A DNA stretch of 64,000 nt, taken from the NCBI RefSeq assembly GCF_020745735.1, contig NW_026867509.1, forward strand, positions 1,054,001 to 1,118,000. Reading direction: 5' to 3'. The notes beneath the pieces are model-generated. The model searched no databases and was not told where the DNA came from. It was given only the letters and a program-made list of their open reading frames with translations. The position numbers were made by a program, and so were the translations under genes. Below are positions 1 through 12,240 of this stretch, piece after piece (position 1 is the first letter of the stretch; each line of letters opens with the position of its first letter). This DNA comes from Hemiscyllium ocellatum (Eukaryota).

Positions 1-128
1 CGTGAGTGGATGTTGGGAATGACTGATCACTGTTAAAGGATACTGACGTGAATCGGAGTCCTGTTCTAACAGCTGAAATCAGGAAAAAACGTTCAGCTGT
101 AATGCCCAAAATCTCAACAAATCCTGTC

Positions 129-200
129 AATTTTTACACAGAAATATACCACTGTGACATTTTGGAACAAGGCACAGTGAAAGAAGCCCGATCACAAACT
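129..200 (+). other. D gene segment (157-172, ACATTTTGGAACAAGG) of NAR-TCR cassette 1, flanked by 12-bp-spacer RSS on both sides
   Basis: 5' side: nonamer AATTTTTAC 129-137, 12-bp spacer, heptamer CACTGTG 150-156. 3' side: heptamer CACAGTG 173-179, 12-bp spacer, nonamer TCACAAACT 192-200. Confidence 0.9.
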
Positions 201-512
201 TCTTTACAAGTAAAGTATAAATTCTCCAGCCCCAACACTCAATTGTCAGCTTGAAGTTCACTTCACTGTAATGCAGGTTGATATCTTTACAATTCCCGTC
301 AAGAACTAATTTGCTTACTCGATTCTTCTTCGCTGGTATGAAGTGAACGTCCACCTCTTGTATTCCTGTGCCATTTGACAGAAGAACAAGAGATGAGCTT
401 GAGCCAAAGGGAATTTGGACACGGAGAATATCGCTTATTTATATAAATCGCTTGAATAATTAGCTTGGTCACGCAGCGTGTTGATGATGTTTCGATGCTT
501 TGATGTAACATT

Positions 513-601
513 GGTTCTTGTGCAGAGGAGACTTAATGGAGCATTGCTGTGTTATTATGACGATGTAGATGGATCCGGAACGGCGGTGACTGTCACAGCT
601 G
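513..601 (+). CDS. J gene segment (552-601, YYDDVDGSGTAVTVTA) of NAR-TCR cassette 1 with upstream 23-RSS
   Basis: Nonamer GGTTCTTGT 513-521, 23-bp spacer, heptamer TGCTGTG 545-551 (CACAGCA on the - strand); GxGT-x-VTV J motif; phase-1 donor G|GTAAGT at 601/602. Confidence 0.9.
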
Positions 602-3287
602 GTAAGTGACTCTGCATTCCATCTTGCTATTGATTATGTTGCTGAATGATCGATTCATTGTTATCAGCTTAAATGTAAAGAAAGTTAACAAATATTTTAG
701 AAGGAATCGCTTCTGGTCCAATGTCGGAGTTGCTTGTCAGCAGAATATACGTGTCAGGTCCTGGTTTCCACATGCGAAAAAAATGAATGGCACCTGGTCC
801 TGAGTCAACGGTTTCACTGTACTTGTGGTATCAATCGTCAAACCGGTAAATAACGGGACACCAAAAACATGGCGAACAGGTGATTTAATGAATAAAGAGG
901 ACTGACTGTCTGGGATCCATTCCAGGAGTTACCTGTGACCGAGGGAGCTCTTTTTGTTGCTTAGGTCACAGAAGCAAGCTTTCAGAGCTTTGCACCAGGC
1001 AGAGATTCAAGCCCGAATTCCAAACGTTCAATGAAAACATTTCACCCACGAGAAAGTCAGGAATATTACTTGGCGAACCTCAGGTAGAAAGTATCTGGCT
1101 GTACGTCAAGATGAGTTATCCTATTTGAGGAATGGGACTCAGGAATGACCGAGTTACCATTTCTTCTCAATTCATTTCATATATGCATTCGTTTAACCAA
1201 TCATATTTCCATTTTAATTGCCTGAAATTGAACGTGAAAATGTAAAGATGTTTGGTTCATTTAATGTCGGTGTTTTCAGACGTCGTTTTGCTGTAATGAA
1301 GGTAATTATCGGAACCAGCTCAAACTGAAGAATGCTCATTTAGAAACAGCAAGTAACAATTCATCAAAAGGAATACGTGACAATTTCTGGGGCATCATTC
1401 AAATTAAACCCCCTCATCAGGATGTTGTATGAGTTATATGAAGCGAAGGGATGGAATGTTTTCTACTCTGAAATGCTCGTTAGAAATTTGTTCTCCTTAC
1501 TTGAGAATGAATTAATTTGTTTTCGAACAAGTAAAGCTAATATTCACTCGACATTCACTTGAGATAGCGTTACTGTATTTTGTGAAGATATTCTGAAGTG
1601 TAAGCGCCATTGCCTACCGTTTAAAACAAGCAGAGTGATTAATTTGAACATGTAGAATTATTAAGGGGTAGATGTAGCGATATAATTTTCTCCAGACAGA
1701 AATGTCCATCCAACAGTCACAATTTGCAATTAGTGGTCAGCAGATCGGACGACGAAGAGCAGAAAGATTTTCAGACGATCGATTGTCTTGAATCAGTGGC
1801 ATTTTGTATCTCAGAAAGCAGTGGAGACCCAAGCGTGAACTGCTTTCGCTGGTTCTGTTTTGCATTAGGAGCAGCGAAGTACGAAGAGACTTCATGAAAA
1901 TCTTAAGTACAATGGCCTCGAAACTGGGATGGATGAGACTGAGATCAGAGCAATCGGCCACTATCAGAACAAATAAAGTAACGAAGGTGAAGAAATGTGC
2001 AAAATGTGGAACTTGCCACCAGAGTAGTTCGAGCACATTGTATTGAGTCATTTATAGAAGGTTTTGAAAACACAGGGAGGAGAATGGAATACACCAACAC
2101 ACTGTTTTCAATGGACAATGTGAATTAGATTTCAGGCATAAGTGAACGTTGGCATAAACGAGCAGCAATAAATCAGTTTGGCTGAATGCCCCTGTCTTCA
2201 TTTTTACTGCAAAACTGAAAAGATTTCCACTCAGAAAACAATAATCCAATGAAAGTCATTGCAATTGAGGGAATTCTGAAAATTAGTTTCCTTTGTGTAA
2301 CAGTAAAACCACCCTAGAGACAGTACAGACAGAACCAAACAGACTGCTGAGAGACGTTGGTGCAGGTTGCCATGATCGCAAGAAAAGAAAAAGGCACGAA
2401 GGAAAACCAGAAATCAATTGATACAAAATTGAAATATTTCACGTCAGCTGTGAAGGCTGTGAGAAGAAAGTGACGCGATTGGGGATAAAAGTGGATCAAA
2501 AATCGGGTATACTCTCATGAACAGAAGTAACATGCAGACAATGATTGAACTAACCAGTGCTAATCAAACCCGTCGTTTATTTTGCATCCTACTCTGCGTG
2601 GTGCCACAACATCGTTTGGTTATATTTTGGGTGGTGAAGTTTGGAAATTTATTATAGAGTTATAGCATCAAACAAATTATCAGGTTTCCCAAACCAAAGT
2701 TTTCCATTTGCCTGCGTTTGTCTTGTATATATTTAAACATGTCTGCCCATCATAGATTTCCAAACGACTTTTAAATGATTTCACTATACCTGTCTCTTAG
2801 ACTTCCTTGGTAATTCATTTCATATACACTCCACGCACTGTGCAAAATAGCTGTCATTTGTGTCCCTTTTAAATCTTTCTCCTTTCACCTTCACCTTATG
2901 CCCTCCAGCTTTCAAGCTGACGACAAGATGATCGCTCGAGTTTGTCGGACAACAAAATGTGTGGATGCTGTCTTCCTCAGAATCCTTTGTAATTGTTCCT
3001 ACTGCACTTACGTTCTCCACATAGCCCTGCACTTTTTGCCTGATTTAGCTGCAATCGATTACCCATTTGAATTTTACTGTTGATTCGGTTTCCAGCAGCC
3101 GTTTTGGCAATGTATTGCACATCACAAGAAGAAGATATGTAAAATAATTGCCACCTCATCGCCTCATTGGTTTACATTCTGATAAAACATAACATATTCA
3201 AATCTAAAATTAATAAAATGAACAGAATAATTCCCGTGATTTGCAATTTCAACAGGGACTGAATATGTGTTGAATGTCATCCCACAG

Positions 3288-3597
3288 GTTTCGGTTCCCT
3301 GGTGTCCCGGGGTCCACCACTCCAAACCTCTGCTGCTGGTGACACCGTTACATTAAGCTGTGAATACTCAGGGATCTGTCAGTACACAGTTTACTGGTAC
3401 TGTCAGTCGCCAGGCCAACCTCCAAAATATATGCTTCAAAGACACACCTCAGGAGAGCAGAATAAAGAAAATGTTGCAGGCGGAAGAATCTCTGCTTCTC
3501 TTGATGCTACGTCGAAAATCAGTTGGTTAGTGATCTCGCAAACACAACTAAGTGACTCCGCTGTGTATTACTGTGCACTGAGTCGGCTCACAGCCCG
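3288..3597 (+). CDS. Leaderless supporting TCR V-delta exon, cassette 1 (GFGSLVSRGPPLQ...TLSCEYSGICQYTVYWYCQ...DSAVYYCALSRLTAR)
   Basis: Acceptor CCCACAG| at 3287, phase 1 and so compatible with the J donor at 601. Canonical Cys/Trp/YYC V motifs, a CDR1 Cys, no credible leader exon upstream, perfect 23-RSS directly after. Confidence 0.9.
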
Positions 3598-3636
3598 CAC
3601 AGTGATACACAGTACGGAGAGAGCTGGACAAAAACC
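3598..3636 (+). other. 23-RSS of supporting V-delta 1
   Basis: CACAGTG 3598-3604, 23-bp spacer, ACAAAAACC 3628-3636 (consensus heptamer and nonamer). Confidence 0.95.
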
Positions 3637-3887
3637 TGAACATGCTGGGAATGACAGACAGAGTGCCACAGATCTCGGAGACAGCTCTAAAATACCTGAA
3701 TGTGGAGTGATTACAGACACAATGATACACAGCACGGAGAAAGATTTCAAATAAATGTTACTCAGGGTGGAGTATATTGTTATTGACACAGTAACACAGA
3801 GCACGGAGAAACCCGCACAAGAAGCTGAACACGATGGGGTTACAGACACCCAACATCACAGAGCGCAGAGAGAGCTGCACAAAATCA
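3598..3887 (+). repeat. Five-unit ~60-bp tandem array of RSS-like repeats
   Basis: Units start near 3598, 3659, 3718, 3787 and 3847, sharing heptamer-like / ACACAG..CGGAGA / nonamer-like words. Unit 4 is CACAGTA + 23 bp + ACAAGAAGC (3787-3825). Confidence 0.75.
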
Positions 3888-5454
3888 TGTTAGCAGAGGC
3901 TTGAGGAGGTGAACTTCGAGCTGGGGTCTTGGATGGGTTTGAGTGGGATTGTCTTTATCCAGAATCTGCTCGATTAATTAGTGCTGATTGTTTGTTAATG
4001 CACTGTTTATAAAGGAAACATCCTGGTCACGGGAGGAATTATTGCTTTATGTAAACCAGCGTCTAACATAACGTGTTTCTTCTTTACACACTGTTAATAC
4101 AAAATCAATCAGTTAAGAAGATGGCGTGTTACATTTCACACAAGAGGTAAACAGCATGAGCAAATTCGTCAATAACTCGTGTATTCTAATTGAATTATTA
4201 TTCGAACAGGAAATGCGTGTTGGACAGTTGGGAAACAGCAAAGGTTTGAGGACTATTTGGTCTCCAGCTTCATGGGTCAGGATTGGCATGCATATCGAGT
4301 AACATTCCTCTCTACTGTGTGAGTTCTTGATTTCAGTTTTCAGTTTATAATCTTTTCTGAAGAAACTTAATTCCAAATATACATTCAGACATCAGTGGCA
4401 TGTTTCATTTCCAAAAAGCATGTTTCTGAGACATACCCATCTGGGTTCTCTCAGGAACTGCACACAGGAACGTTTAACCAAAAGTATAAAACCACATAAA
4501 TTGAACATCGACTGTCAGAGATCAGTGATTTTGAGGAATCGGGTAATGCTCTGTTTTTTTTTCTAGTGTTGGTGAAAAGGAGGCTCGATATCATCGATTT
4601 CAAATTATTTTGAATTTTCACGGTTAGTTTCTTTTATTTTCTTCAAGTACTTTGTTCTATTTGTGGATTGTGCCATCGTGGGAGATTGTTCCAAAGTCTC
4701 TAAGTTGTCGGTTGGTTTCAGTTTGTATAGATTCAGCTGCGGTTTTACTGTTACTCAGTAGGAGTTTTCTCTTCAGCATATATGACAATCCCAATTCCCT
4801 CCAATCAATTGTTCGATTGTTTCCCATCTTGTGGGGGCCGAGCATTCTCTGAACTTTATGTTATTAACAACCTGCAGAGCAGGTTCAGGACATTGACCTA
4901 ATTTGACCCCTCAAATGTATGCCCATCACATGAACCTCTCTCCACTTTACACTGAATGATATATTAACAGTTGGAATTACGCAAGTACCTCTTCCTTTCG
5001 TCATTCTTTCGCTTCCCTGTTCCATCTACTGCTTGTATGAGTGTTTGTATTCTGTTCTAATATGCGTTTGCATGGACGCATTTGCCTTAATATCTCCATT
5101 TGTTGTTCTAGTGTAGTTTGTCACGGAGTCACGAATCAGAACTATTTTCTGAATTCAGTTCATTTCACCAGGGCATCATCTAAAACATCCCTGTTCAGTC
5201 ACCTTCTGGTTCCATGTTTTCTGGAGAAGCGTGATACAACCTATTCAAACTTTTCTTCAGCCCCAAAATATAGCTATATTATGCAGGGTATGAACTTTTG
5301 TAGAGTCAGTGCTCATTAAATTAATGCATTTTTACTGGCTGACATCGAATTTCTAAAATCTCACTGAGGAGATCACCTACCATCATACCAAATACCACAC
5401 AAGGCTCGACTGCCCTTCTAACTTTTACTTTCGTGCACAACCAACGATAACGTA

Positions 5455-5746
5455 TTAGATTAGATTCCCGACAGTTTTTGAAACAGACCCTAAGCCCCAA
5501 TAAGTCCACACCGGCCCTTCGAAGACTAACTCACACAGAGCCTTTCCCGTACCCTACATTTACCCCTGACTAATGCACCTAACACTCTGGACAATATAGC
5601 ACGGCCAATTCACCTGACATACACATCTTTGGATTGTGGTACGAAAGGCAAGCAGACATAAAGAGAATGCGAAAACTCCACAGCGGCAATCGAACCCTAA
5701 TCCTTGGCGCTATAAAGCAACAGTGCAATCACTGAGCCAACATGCC
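5455..5746 (-). mobile_element. Older tRNA-derived SINE (V-SINE/HE1-like), present in both duplicates
   Basis: Resembles the 8857-9143 element (AAGTCCACACCG, GGCCAATTCACCTGAC); TAGAT-type tail; counterpart at 52878-53185. Confidence 0.7.
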
Positions 5747-8483
5747 TGTGTAGGCATGCCTTAGTAACAATGTAATTTATATTGAAAAGTAGCAGATAGC
5801 AATCATTTTCTTCCTGAGCATTTTATTATTATAAATTCAACCAATTTTGATGGCAGTTCTGCAATTCTCTGCAGTGCCCTGAATCCTCGGGATTTTTTTT
5901 CACATCTTCTCAAGTCTTTTATTTGGATTTATTGACAAATCGTTTGCTCCACTCTCAACATCAGAATATCGCAAAACATAATGTCACTTTAATTTCTATT
6001 CTCAATTAATACAAACATTGAACCTTCCAATTTAGCCAAACTGTATATCTCAAACGTTTTTTCTCTGATTTCTGAATTCAAGCTAAAATTTAAAATGTAC
6101 ACTAGATCCACTTTCCCTTGTCAAGAGTTTTTTTAAACTATCTCAAATATCTGTGTCATTAATATTTCCTTGCTAATGAAACTTCTGTTTGATTGATCTA
6201 AGATACTTGCAGTAAATAATTCAGAAAAAGAAAAACTTGATCATTTCTTGAATAGCACATGCTCATTATAATCTTTCCAAGGCTAATGGCCAGTCCTCAT
6301 CAAAATAACCTTTACTGACACCATTTTCCTACACAGCAATGAAATGACATTTCTTTTCTTTGTAGAAAATGCAGAATTAAAATAAATTTAATATTTAACA
6401 ACTTTTTCAAAATGGGAGAGAGGACCAGCTGTCCACTATAATTGCTCTTATTTTAATTATAAATATATCAACACGCGCGGAAATTCTTCTGAAAGGAGTG
6501 AGAGGCATAGCTTTCCTTGCTCCAAGAATACCTGAAGAAAAGTGTGGTTGAAGTTAACTGGCTTGGTTAAACCTGACTGATCTTGCAAGGAGAACATTGA
6601 TTCTCAATGGAACCAACACCTCCTTACTGAGTTTTACAAATGCAGTTAGTAAATGGTTATGTTTATTCTGAAGTTAGCAGCGCGACGTTTGGGGAGACAT
6701 ATAGCCTGTCTTAAGTTCTGATAACCTTTAAAACATTTTTGTTAATTTATTAATAAACAGTAACTCTAATCTATGTAGTCTCAAGACCATTATACATCTT
6801 TAAGGAGTCAGATTGGAGAAGATCACCATTTCTTTGGCCTGCTGCACACAGCTTTTAAATTAAATTTGTAATTATTTGACCCACGGTAGCTGTACTGGAA
6901 AGCTTTGACGGAACAGTTTTCAAGTATATCTGGTCGGCATGGACGAGTTGGATGGAACGGTTTGTTTCTGTGCTGTGCGCCTCGATGATTCTATGCTCCG
7001 TGGTTATGGCTCCCTTAGTGCTACCCCAGTTACTAAATTTTATTTTACGAGCTCGATCTCTTTAATCATAGCATGTTTCCCCATTGGAGCTAATGGTTAT
7101 GCTATAGTTATAACGTCAAAGGACACCGTGCTCTATCTGACTTAATTTACATCTAAGTACGCTCTGTAACTCTTACAGTTTCACTAGGCCATGGTTGTGA
7201 TGTGTCTAGTATGTGCCTCTTTTATGAACAGACCGAGCACGCAGTTGTTAAATGCACATGATCCTATGACTGGTTGTGCAATTGCAATGTTGACCGAATC
7301 AGCTCCTGTCTCTGTTCACAGTTATTGATCAAACTGCCCACCTATTTATTTCCAAGAGACTGGACAGTGTGTCAGCTAATACTATCTATCATAGCTGTGT
7401 TATTGTTTATGCTTAGTTTCACGACATAATTTCTGTCACTTTTTGTTGACATTGCGTTCCACCCTGTCTCTGTTTATCATAAGCTACACTACGTCTCTGC
7501 TTCTATTAAACAAGGTTCCAACTTAATTGTGGTTTCTCAAGAGTGAGTTGATGGCACTATGCATTCAAATGCTATTTACTGTTTCGAACGTGTGAAAGAT
7601 CGTTTGGAACCTTGAGTTGTCTTAATTGTGGCTGAAATGTGATATGTCTCTTTTACATTTTCACAACGTTTGTCCATCTGAAGACTGCAAGTGGTTTTAT
7701 CTCATTTTCCAATTCACTAGCATATGACCCTTTCTGCAATACAATAACCAAGCCTTTGTTGCCAATGAACTTGGCACCATACTTTTATGTCATCTTCTAA
7801 TACTCATTCATCTGTTGTTTTCCTGTTACGTTAAATATTGAAAATTGTCAACTGTTTCTGCAACAGAAGTCCCCAGCAGAACTTCAGAATTTGAACACCA
7901 TTCTTGAACTTCTGATTTATCTGATCAAATGAAGAATTTTTCAGATTCAACGTTACCAAAATTTGCATTTGATGATCTCCACAATGTTATGGTCCCTCGT
8001 TTGTTAACTGTGTTTTCCAAAAGTTGAACTGTAATTTTATGGAAATGTTGAAGCAGGTTAAATGTATTAGGCATGAAAAATTGAATAAATGAACGCAAAC
8101 GAAGAAGTAAATTGACGTTTGAAATGCAGATTATTCAACAAAATCGCAGAATTGCGAAGCAGAAAGAAAGTTTTGAGATGGGACTGAATTCAGTGTTTGC
8201 TATCAGCGGATTCACAAACTGAAGACTTAACATCATATTTTGTGAAGTTCGAGGAACCAAAGAAATTACAGTGAGCCTGTCCCCAAAGGGAAATGCAATC
8301 ATTCACCAATGGAAGGCATGAGTAGTGAGGTAATCTCTTTGTTCAGCGAAATGTAAGTAAGGTGCATACTGTGACTTATTTGTCCCTGTTGTGACTGTTT
8401 ATCTGAATAAATGAGGATCCATTTGAATGTGTCGCAGAGCAAGCCTCTATGGCGACAGCAGCTCCTGCAGTTCCTGAACGAAG

Positions 8484-8553
8484 ATGCACGAGCCAGTCAT
8501 TGCCCCATTCTTTGTCATTTTCTCCTCAATTCCCGCTGCTATCGGTGCCCCTG
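8484..8553 (+). pseudogene. Orphan exon 1 of a GPR139/142-like GPCR (MHEPVIAPFFVIFSSIPAAIGAP)
   Basis: 70-nt ATG...G|GTAAGT exon homologous to exon 1 of the intact gene at 32532. The matching exon 2 (57481 in the duplicate) lies beyond the duplication breakpoint and was not found here. Confidence 0.75.
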
Positions 8554-8856
8554 GTAAGTCACTGATGTTCGAGAAAATCGATGGCTTATTCGTGTATTTC
8601 CAGAAGTTTATTCCTTATCTTTCCAGGATTCAATAGAATTTTCCCAAACTGCAACTCTTTGATATTAAAGCACTTCAACAGATCTTCAGTCTGTATAATA
8701 CATCATGAAATAATATCTGCAGCAAACTTACAGAAAAATGGTCTATGAGAACTGAGAACTGCGTTGAATCACAATGCATGAACATTGAACAGTAATATTG
8801 TCACAGATTGCGTTCAAACCCAATTCAGTAAACTGGAATTTGGTCCATTGTAGGAT

Positions 8857-9143
8857 TAGATTATTTACAGTGTGGAAACAGGCCCTTCAGCCCAACAAGT
8901 CCACACCGACCCGCCGAAGCGCAACCCACCCATACCCCTTACCTAACACTACGGGCAATTTAGCGTGGCCAATTCACCTGACCCGCACATCTTTGGATTG
9001 TGGGAGGAAACCGGAGCAAACCCATGCAGAAACGGGGAGAATGCGCAAACTCCACACAGTCTGTCGCCTGAGTCGGGAATTGGACCCGGGTCTCAGGCGC
9101 TGTGAGGCAGTAGTGCTCACCACTGTGCCACCGTGTCGCCCAC
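8857..9143 (-). mobile_element. Young full-length tRNA-derived SINE (V-SINE/HE1-like) with AGGAT target-site duplication
   Basis: The - strand starts GTGGGCGACACGGTGGCACAGTGG (A box), has GGGTCCAATTCC (B-box-like) and a TAGAT tail. AGGAT occurs at 8852-8856 and 9144-9148. The element is absent from the duplicate near 56290. Confidence 0.9.
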
Positions 9144-10149
9144 AGGATGATTCGTTCAACATAGTGTGGTAAAATGCCTCTCTGCACAGCTTTCATTACA
9201 CTATCTAAATATGAATTACTTTGTGGTTGTATTTCGAAGACATGTTGTAATATAAACCTACATTCACTGATTAAACGAATCTACAGCATGTGCTGTGCAG
9301 GGGTGTAATAAAATGTAGAGTTCACAAAGGACAACAGAATCGTGAATGTGGTCTTAGGACTTCATTGAAGTTTAGTCTCAAAGACGTCAATATCGATGCA
9401 ATATTTTTGAACTTTTGTTAGTTTGCTTCATTTTGTTTCTTTCCCAGCAGAGTGGCCTAGCGTTCACTACTACCATCTACCTTCGATAAAGAAATCTGAT
9501 GAAAAGAAGCCCCACTCTGAAAGGGGCATAAGGACTACACTCCTGCTGTACAGATACCTGAAGCATAGCCTGAGAGAATGCGGAAGTATTGCAAATTATT
9601 TCCTTCTGGACATGAAGCGAATTTATGATTTGTATCCACCCACACTTCCTCCAACTCTCACTGGTCTCATACAGTTCGTATTTGTTTATTCATGTATTTT
9701 CCCCATTGTCTTGCTGTTGATATCATTTTCCAATCTCTTCATTCCTTACTCACAGCATTCCTTCCAGTTTTCCTTCAGCTCTGTCGCCCTGTTTGCCATT
9801 ATTTCATTTCTTAGAGCTGTCTTATCTCTCCATCCATCTAGTTCACGATGTTCCGCAGAGTAACGTGATCTTCAAGAAGACCCATAACCCAATACCTGTG
9901 TTTGAACTGTGTCTTCAGGAATGTGTGTTCTTTTTATTGTTGAGTGTGTAGGTTTTACATTTATTCTCCAGTTGAACCCCTCGGAATATTGAACATTGTA
10001 ACAACAACATTATGTCCTTCCCTCGTTTCTACATCAGAACTTCATTTTTCAGCATCTGAATTCAAGTAAATGAGAATACATGCTTCAGCAAAACCAAATT
10101 TCCCATTTCATGGCATCAATAATTTTTCAATAACTATGATTGAGACTAT

Positions 10150-10870
10150 CATTATATAAATTGCCACGATCTATGTCTCAGATTCTTGGGGCACTCCAAC
10201 TAATAACATTCAGCCATCCTGAGAATAATCCATTCCTTTCTAAAATTTGAGTTCTCCTTATTAATTCATTACCACAACTTAACATCAATCTCGTATTCTC
10301 GAATAGATTTACCGACTTCCTGCATGGAATGTTATCAAAAACTTTCAAAATAACGAAAACACCATCACATCTGCTGGTTGTCTATTATCGATGCTCTAAT
10401 TAGCATCCACAAAACGAATTCCAGAGGGTTTGCCAAATATTCCTTCCCTTTTGTGACTCCGTATTAACTCATCTCAAACATATCATTGTTTCGAAATGTC
10501 TATTTATCGTCTTCTTCATTATATGACCTGGTAATTCCTTATAATTGGCATTCAACAGTACTCTGCTCCCTGTTTTCTGATCCAGCCCTTCTTAAATAGT
10601 TGGATTAGTATCACTTTTTTATAATCCTCCGGACCCTTTCCACAACTTCTCGAATTTCCGACGATAACCAGCAATGCACTCATTGTCTATCCAGCCATAT
10701 CAAGCAAGAATCTTGAATGGACCCCATTTGGTCCAGGAATTTATCAACCTTCAATGTAAGAAGTTTTCTGTTCTCGGCATCCAAAAGATTTTCATGCTCT
10801 GGACTCCTCCTCAGATATCATTCATTATAGATAAACAGACACTTCAAATTTTTGAAATTTATTTGTAGCC
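10150..10870 (-). mobile_element. Degenerate CR1-type LINE ORF2 fragment
   Basis: Reverse-complement resemblance to the CR1 RT fragments at 25-29 kb; boundaries approximate. Confidence 0.5.
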
Positions 10871-11265
10871 GAATGTTCAGACAGCAAAACTGGCGAAGGA
10901 AAATCATTCAATAATTTCACAACTAAAGATAGAAACAATTGGTAAAAATGCAGAGAAGGACTGAGATGTCCTTCAAATTAGACCTAAGCTCACATTTTGA
11001 AATAAGAACTCTTTGATGGAGTAATCAAAACACGTGGATGGGGGCTTCAGAATTTGCAGGTTGCTGTTCTCGTTTTACGTGTGTGCAATTGTGCAATATT
11101 CCAATGTTACATAGCAGGCATGACACCGGACCAGAAACTAAGTTATATGTTCGAATGTAATTGACACTCTCCCGACTCTGAAATTATATAAATTAGAGAC
11201 CTTTTTGTTTATGTCACGGAGCTCAACCGAGGAGTTTTGAAATTTCGATTAGTTTACAACAAGTG

Positions 11266-12240
11266 ATGCATGGCCCAGCGAATGTCTCGTTCAATGCCCT
11301 GTATTATTTAGCACTTGCTACTACTGGTGTCCCTTGGTCGGTAACACATTCTAACGATTTGCTTTGAAGTTCACCCAAGTAGTTTCTATTAATTTTCACG
11401 ATCGTCTTTTTTTTTTATCTCTGATAGTCAACTCTGAAGGAAACTCAGCCCAGATCACTATGTATATCCAAAATATTGAGATGTACTAAATTTCACGCGT
11501 TTGCAATGCACAGCAAACTGTTATTTTGAGCAATTAAAGAACAATTAGTTATTAGATTATTGGTTTGTGAATTTTAATGTGTGACATTGCCTGAATAATA
11601 TTCGGATTAACTGCACAAAATTAAATTTTATTACAATGCTGGCAACGTCAACCAGCTGTTTTTGCTGTTGTCTGGAATAATGCACTATCATTGCGTTCAA
11701 TATTTTTATGCACAGATGACATGATGATCCCGAAGAAAATTATTTCACATGTGTCATTATTTTACAGATTACAAGTGTATCTAGTGATTACTCAAATCAG
11801 TTTCAAAATTCTTGCCACTTTCGCTAGCCAACCTGCTGGCGATCTTTATACTATTACGGGGATTGTGCGTACTCTGTGGGTGCACCAACTTTTACTTGGT
11901 GGGGATAGCAGTGAGCGATTTTCTTGAGATCACCACTGGGTAAATCCTGATTCAGATCAGCGGCATTTAATTCTGACACAGCGCCAAGTCCGCGATTACT
12001 GTCTGGGCAGTCAACACCATGATCATCTAAGCCAGCCGGAATGGCTCAGTCTGGCTGATTGGTATTCACCATCGGCCATTTCGTGACTCTGAAGACCAGG
12101 TACTGTTCCGAGAAAACTGTATCACTGTTCATTGGAGTGGTTTTCGCCCTGAGCTGCATCATGAGCCTGCCTTCAGACTACGTCTTCGAGCAACCCGTAT
12201 TTGTTCCAATATGGCTGCATCATTATCATCTCTTTCCCTG
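11266..12240 (+). pseudogene. GPR139/142-like GPCR pseudogene
   Basis: Exon 1 MHGPANVSFNALYYLALATTGVP from 11266. Acceptor at 11827 then ANLLAIFILLR, YLVGIAVSDFL and KTRYCSEKTVSLFIGVVFALSC, with frameshifts, stops and truncation. Confidence 0.8.

Larger units (their letters stand above)
1..9427 (+). repeat. Segmental duplication copy A (NAR-TCR D-J, supporting V-delta, GPCR exon 1)
   Basis: Colinear and highly similar to 47422-~56576 (offset 47421 at D and J, 47427 at V-delta, 47439 at GPCR exon 1). Similarity ends after ...TTTTGTTAGTTTGCTT. Confidence 0.95.

Noticed and set aside
2050-2400. Minus-strand words GGFTVTQ and FTLSIEN suggesting a V remnant
   Set aside because: Wrong spacing, no Cys/WYxQ/YYC, internal stops, no RSS.
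3110-3140. ATG...GT upstream of supporting V-delta 1 as a possible leader exon
   Set aside because: Encodes hydrophilic MYCTSQEED, and the ATG is ATA in the duplicate.
3598-3887. Regularly spaced repeats read as a CRISPR array
   Set aside because: Eukaryotic context, degenerate whole-unit repeats without unique spacers, no cas genes; explained as RSS-derived.
9121-9127. Perfect CACTGTG heptamer
   Set aside because: Part of the SINE A-box region, with no nonamer at 12 or 23 bp.
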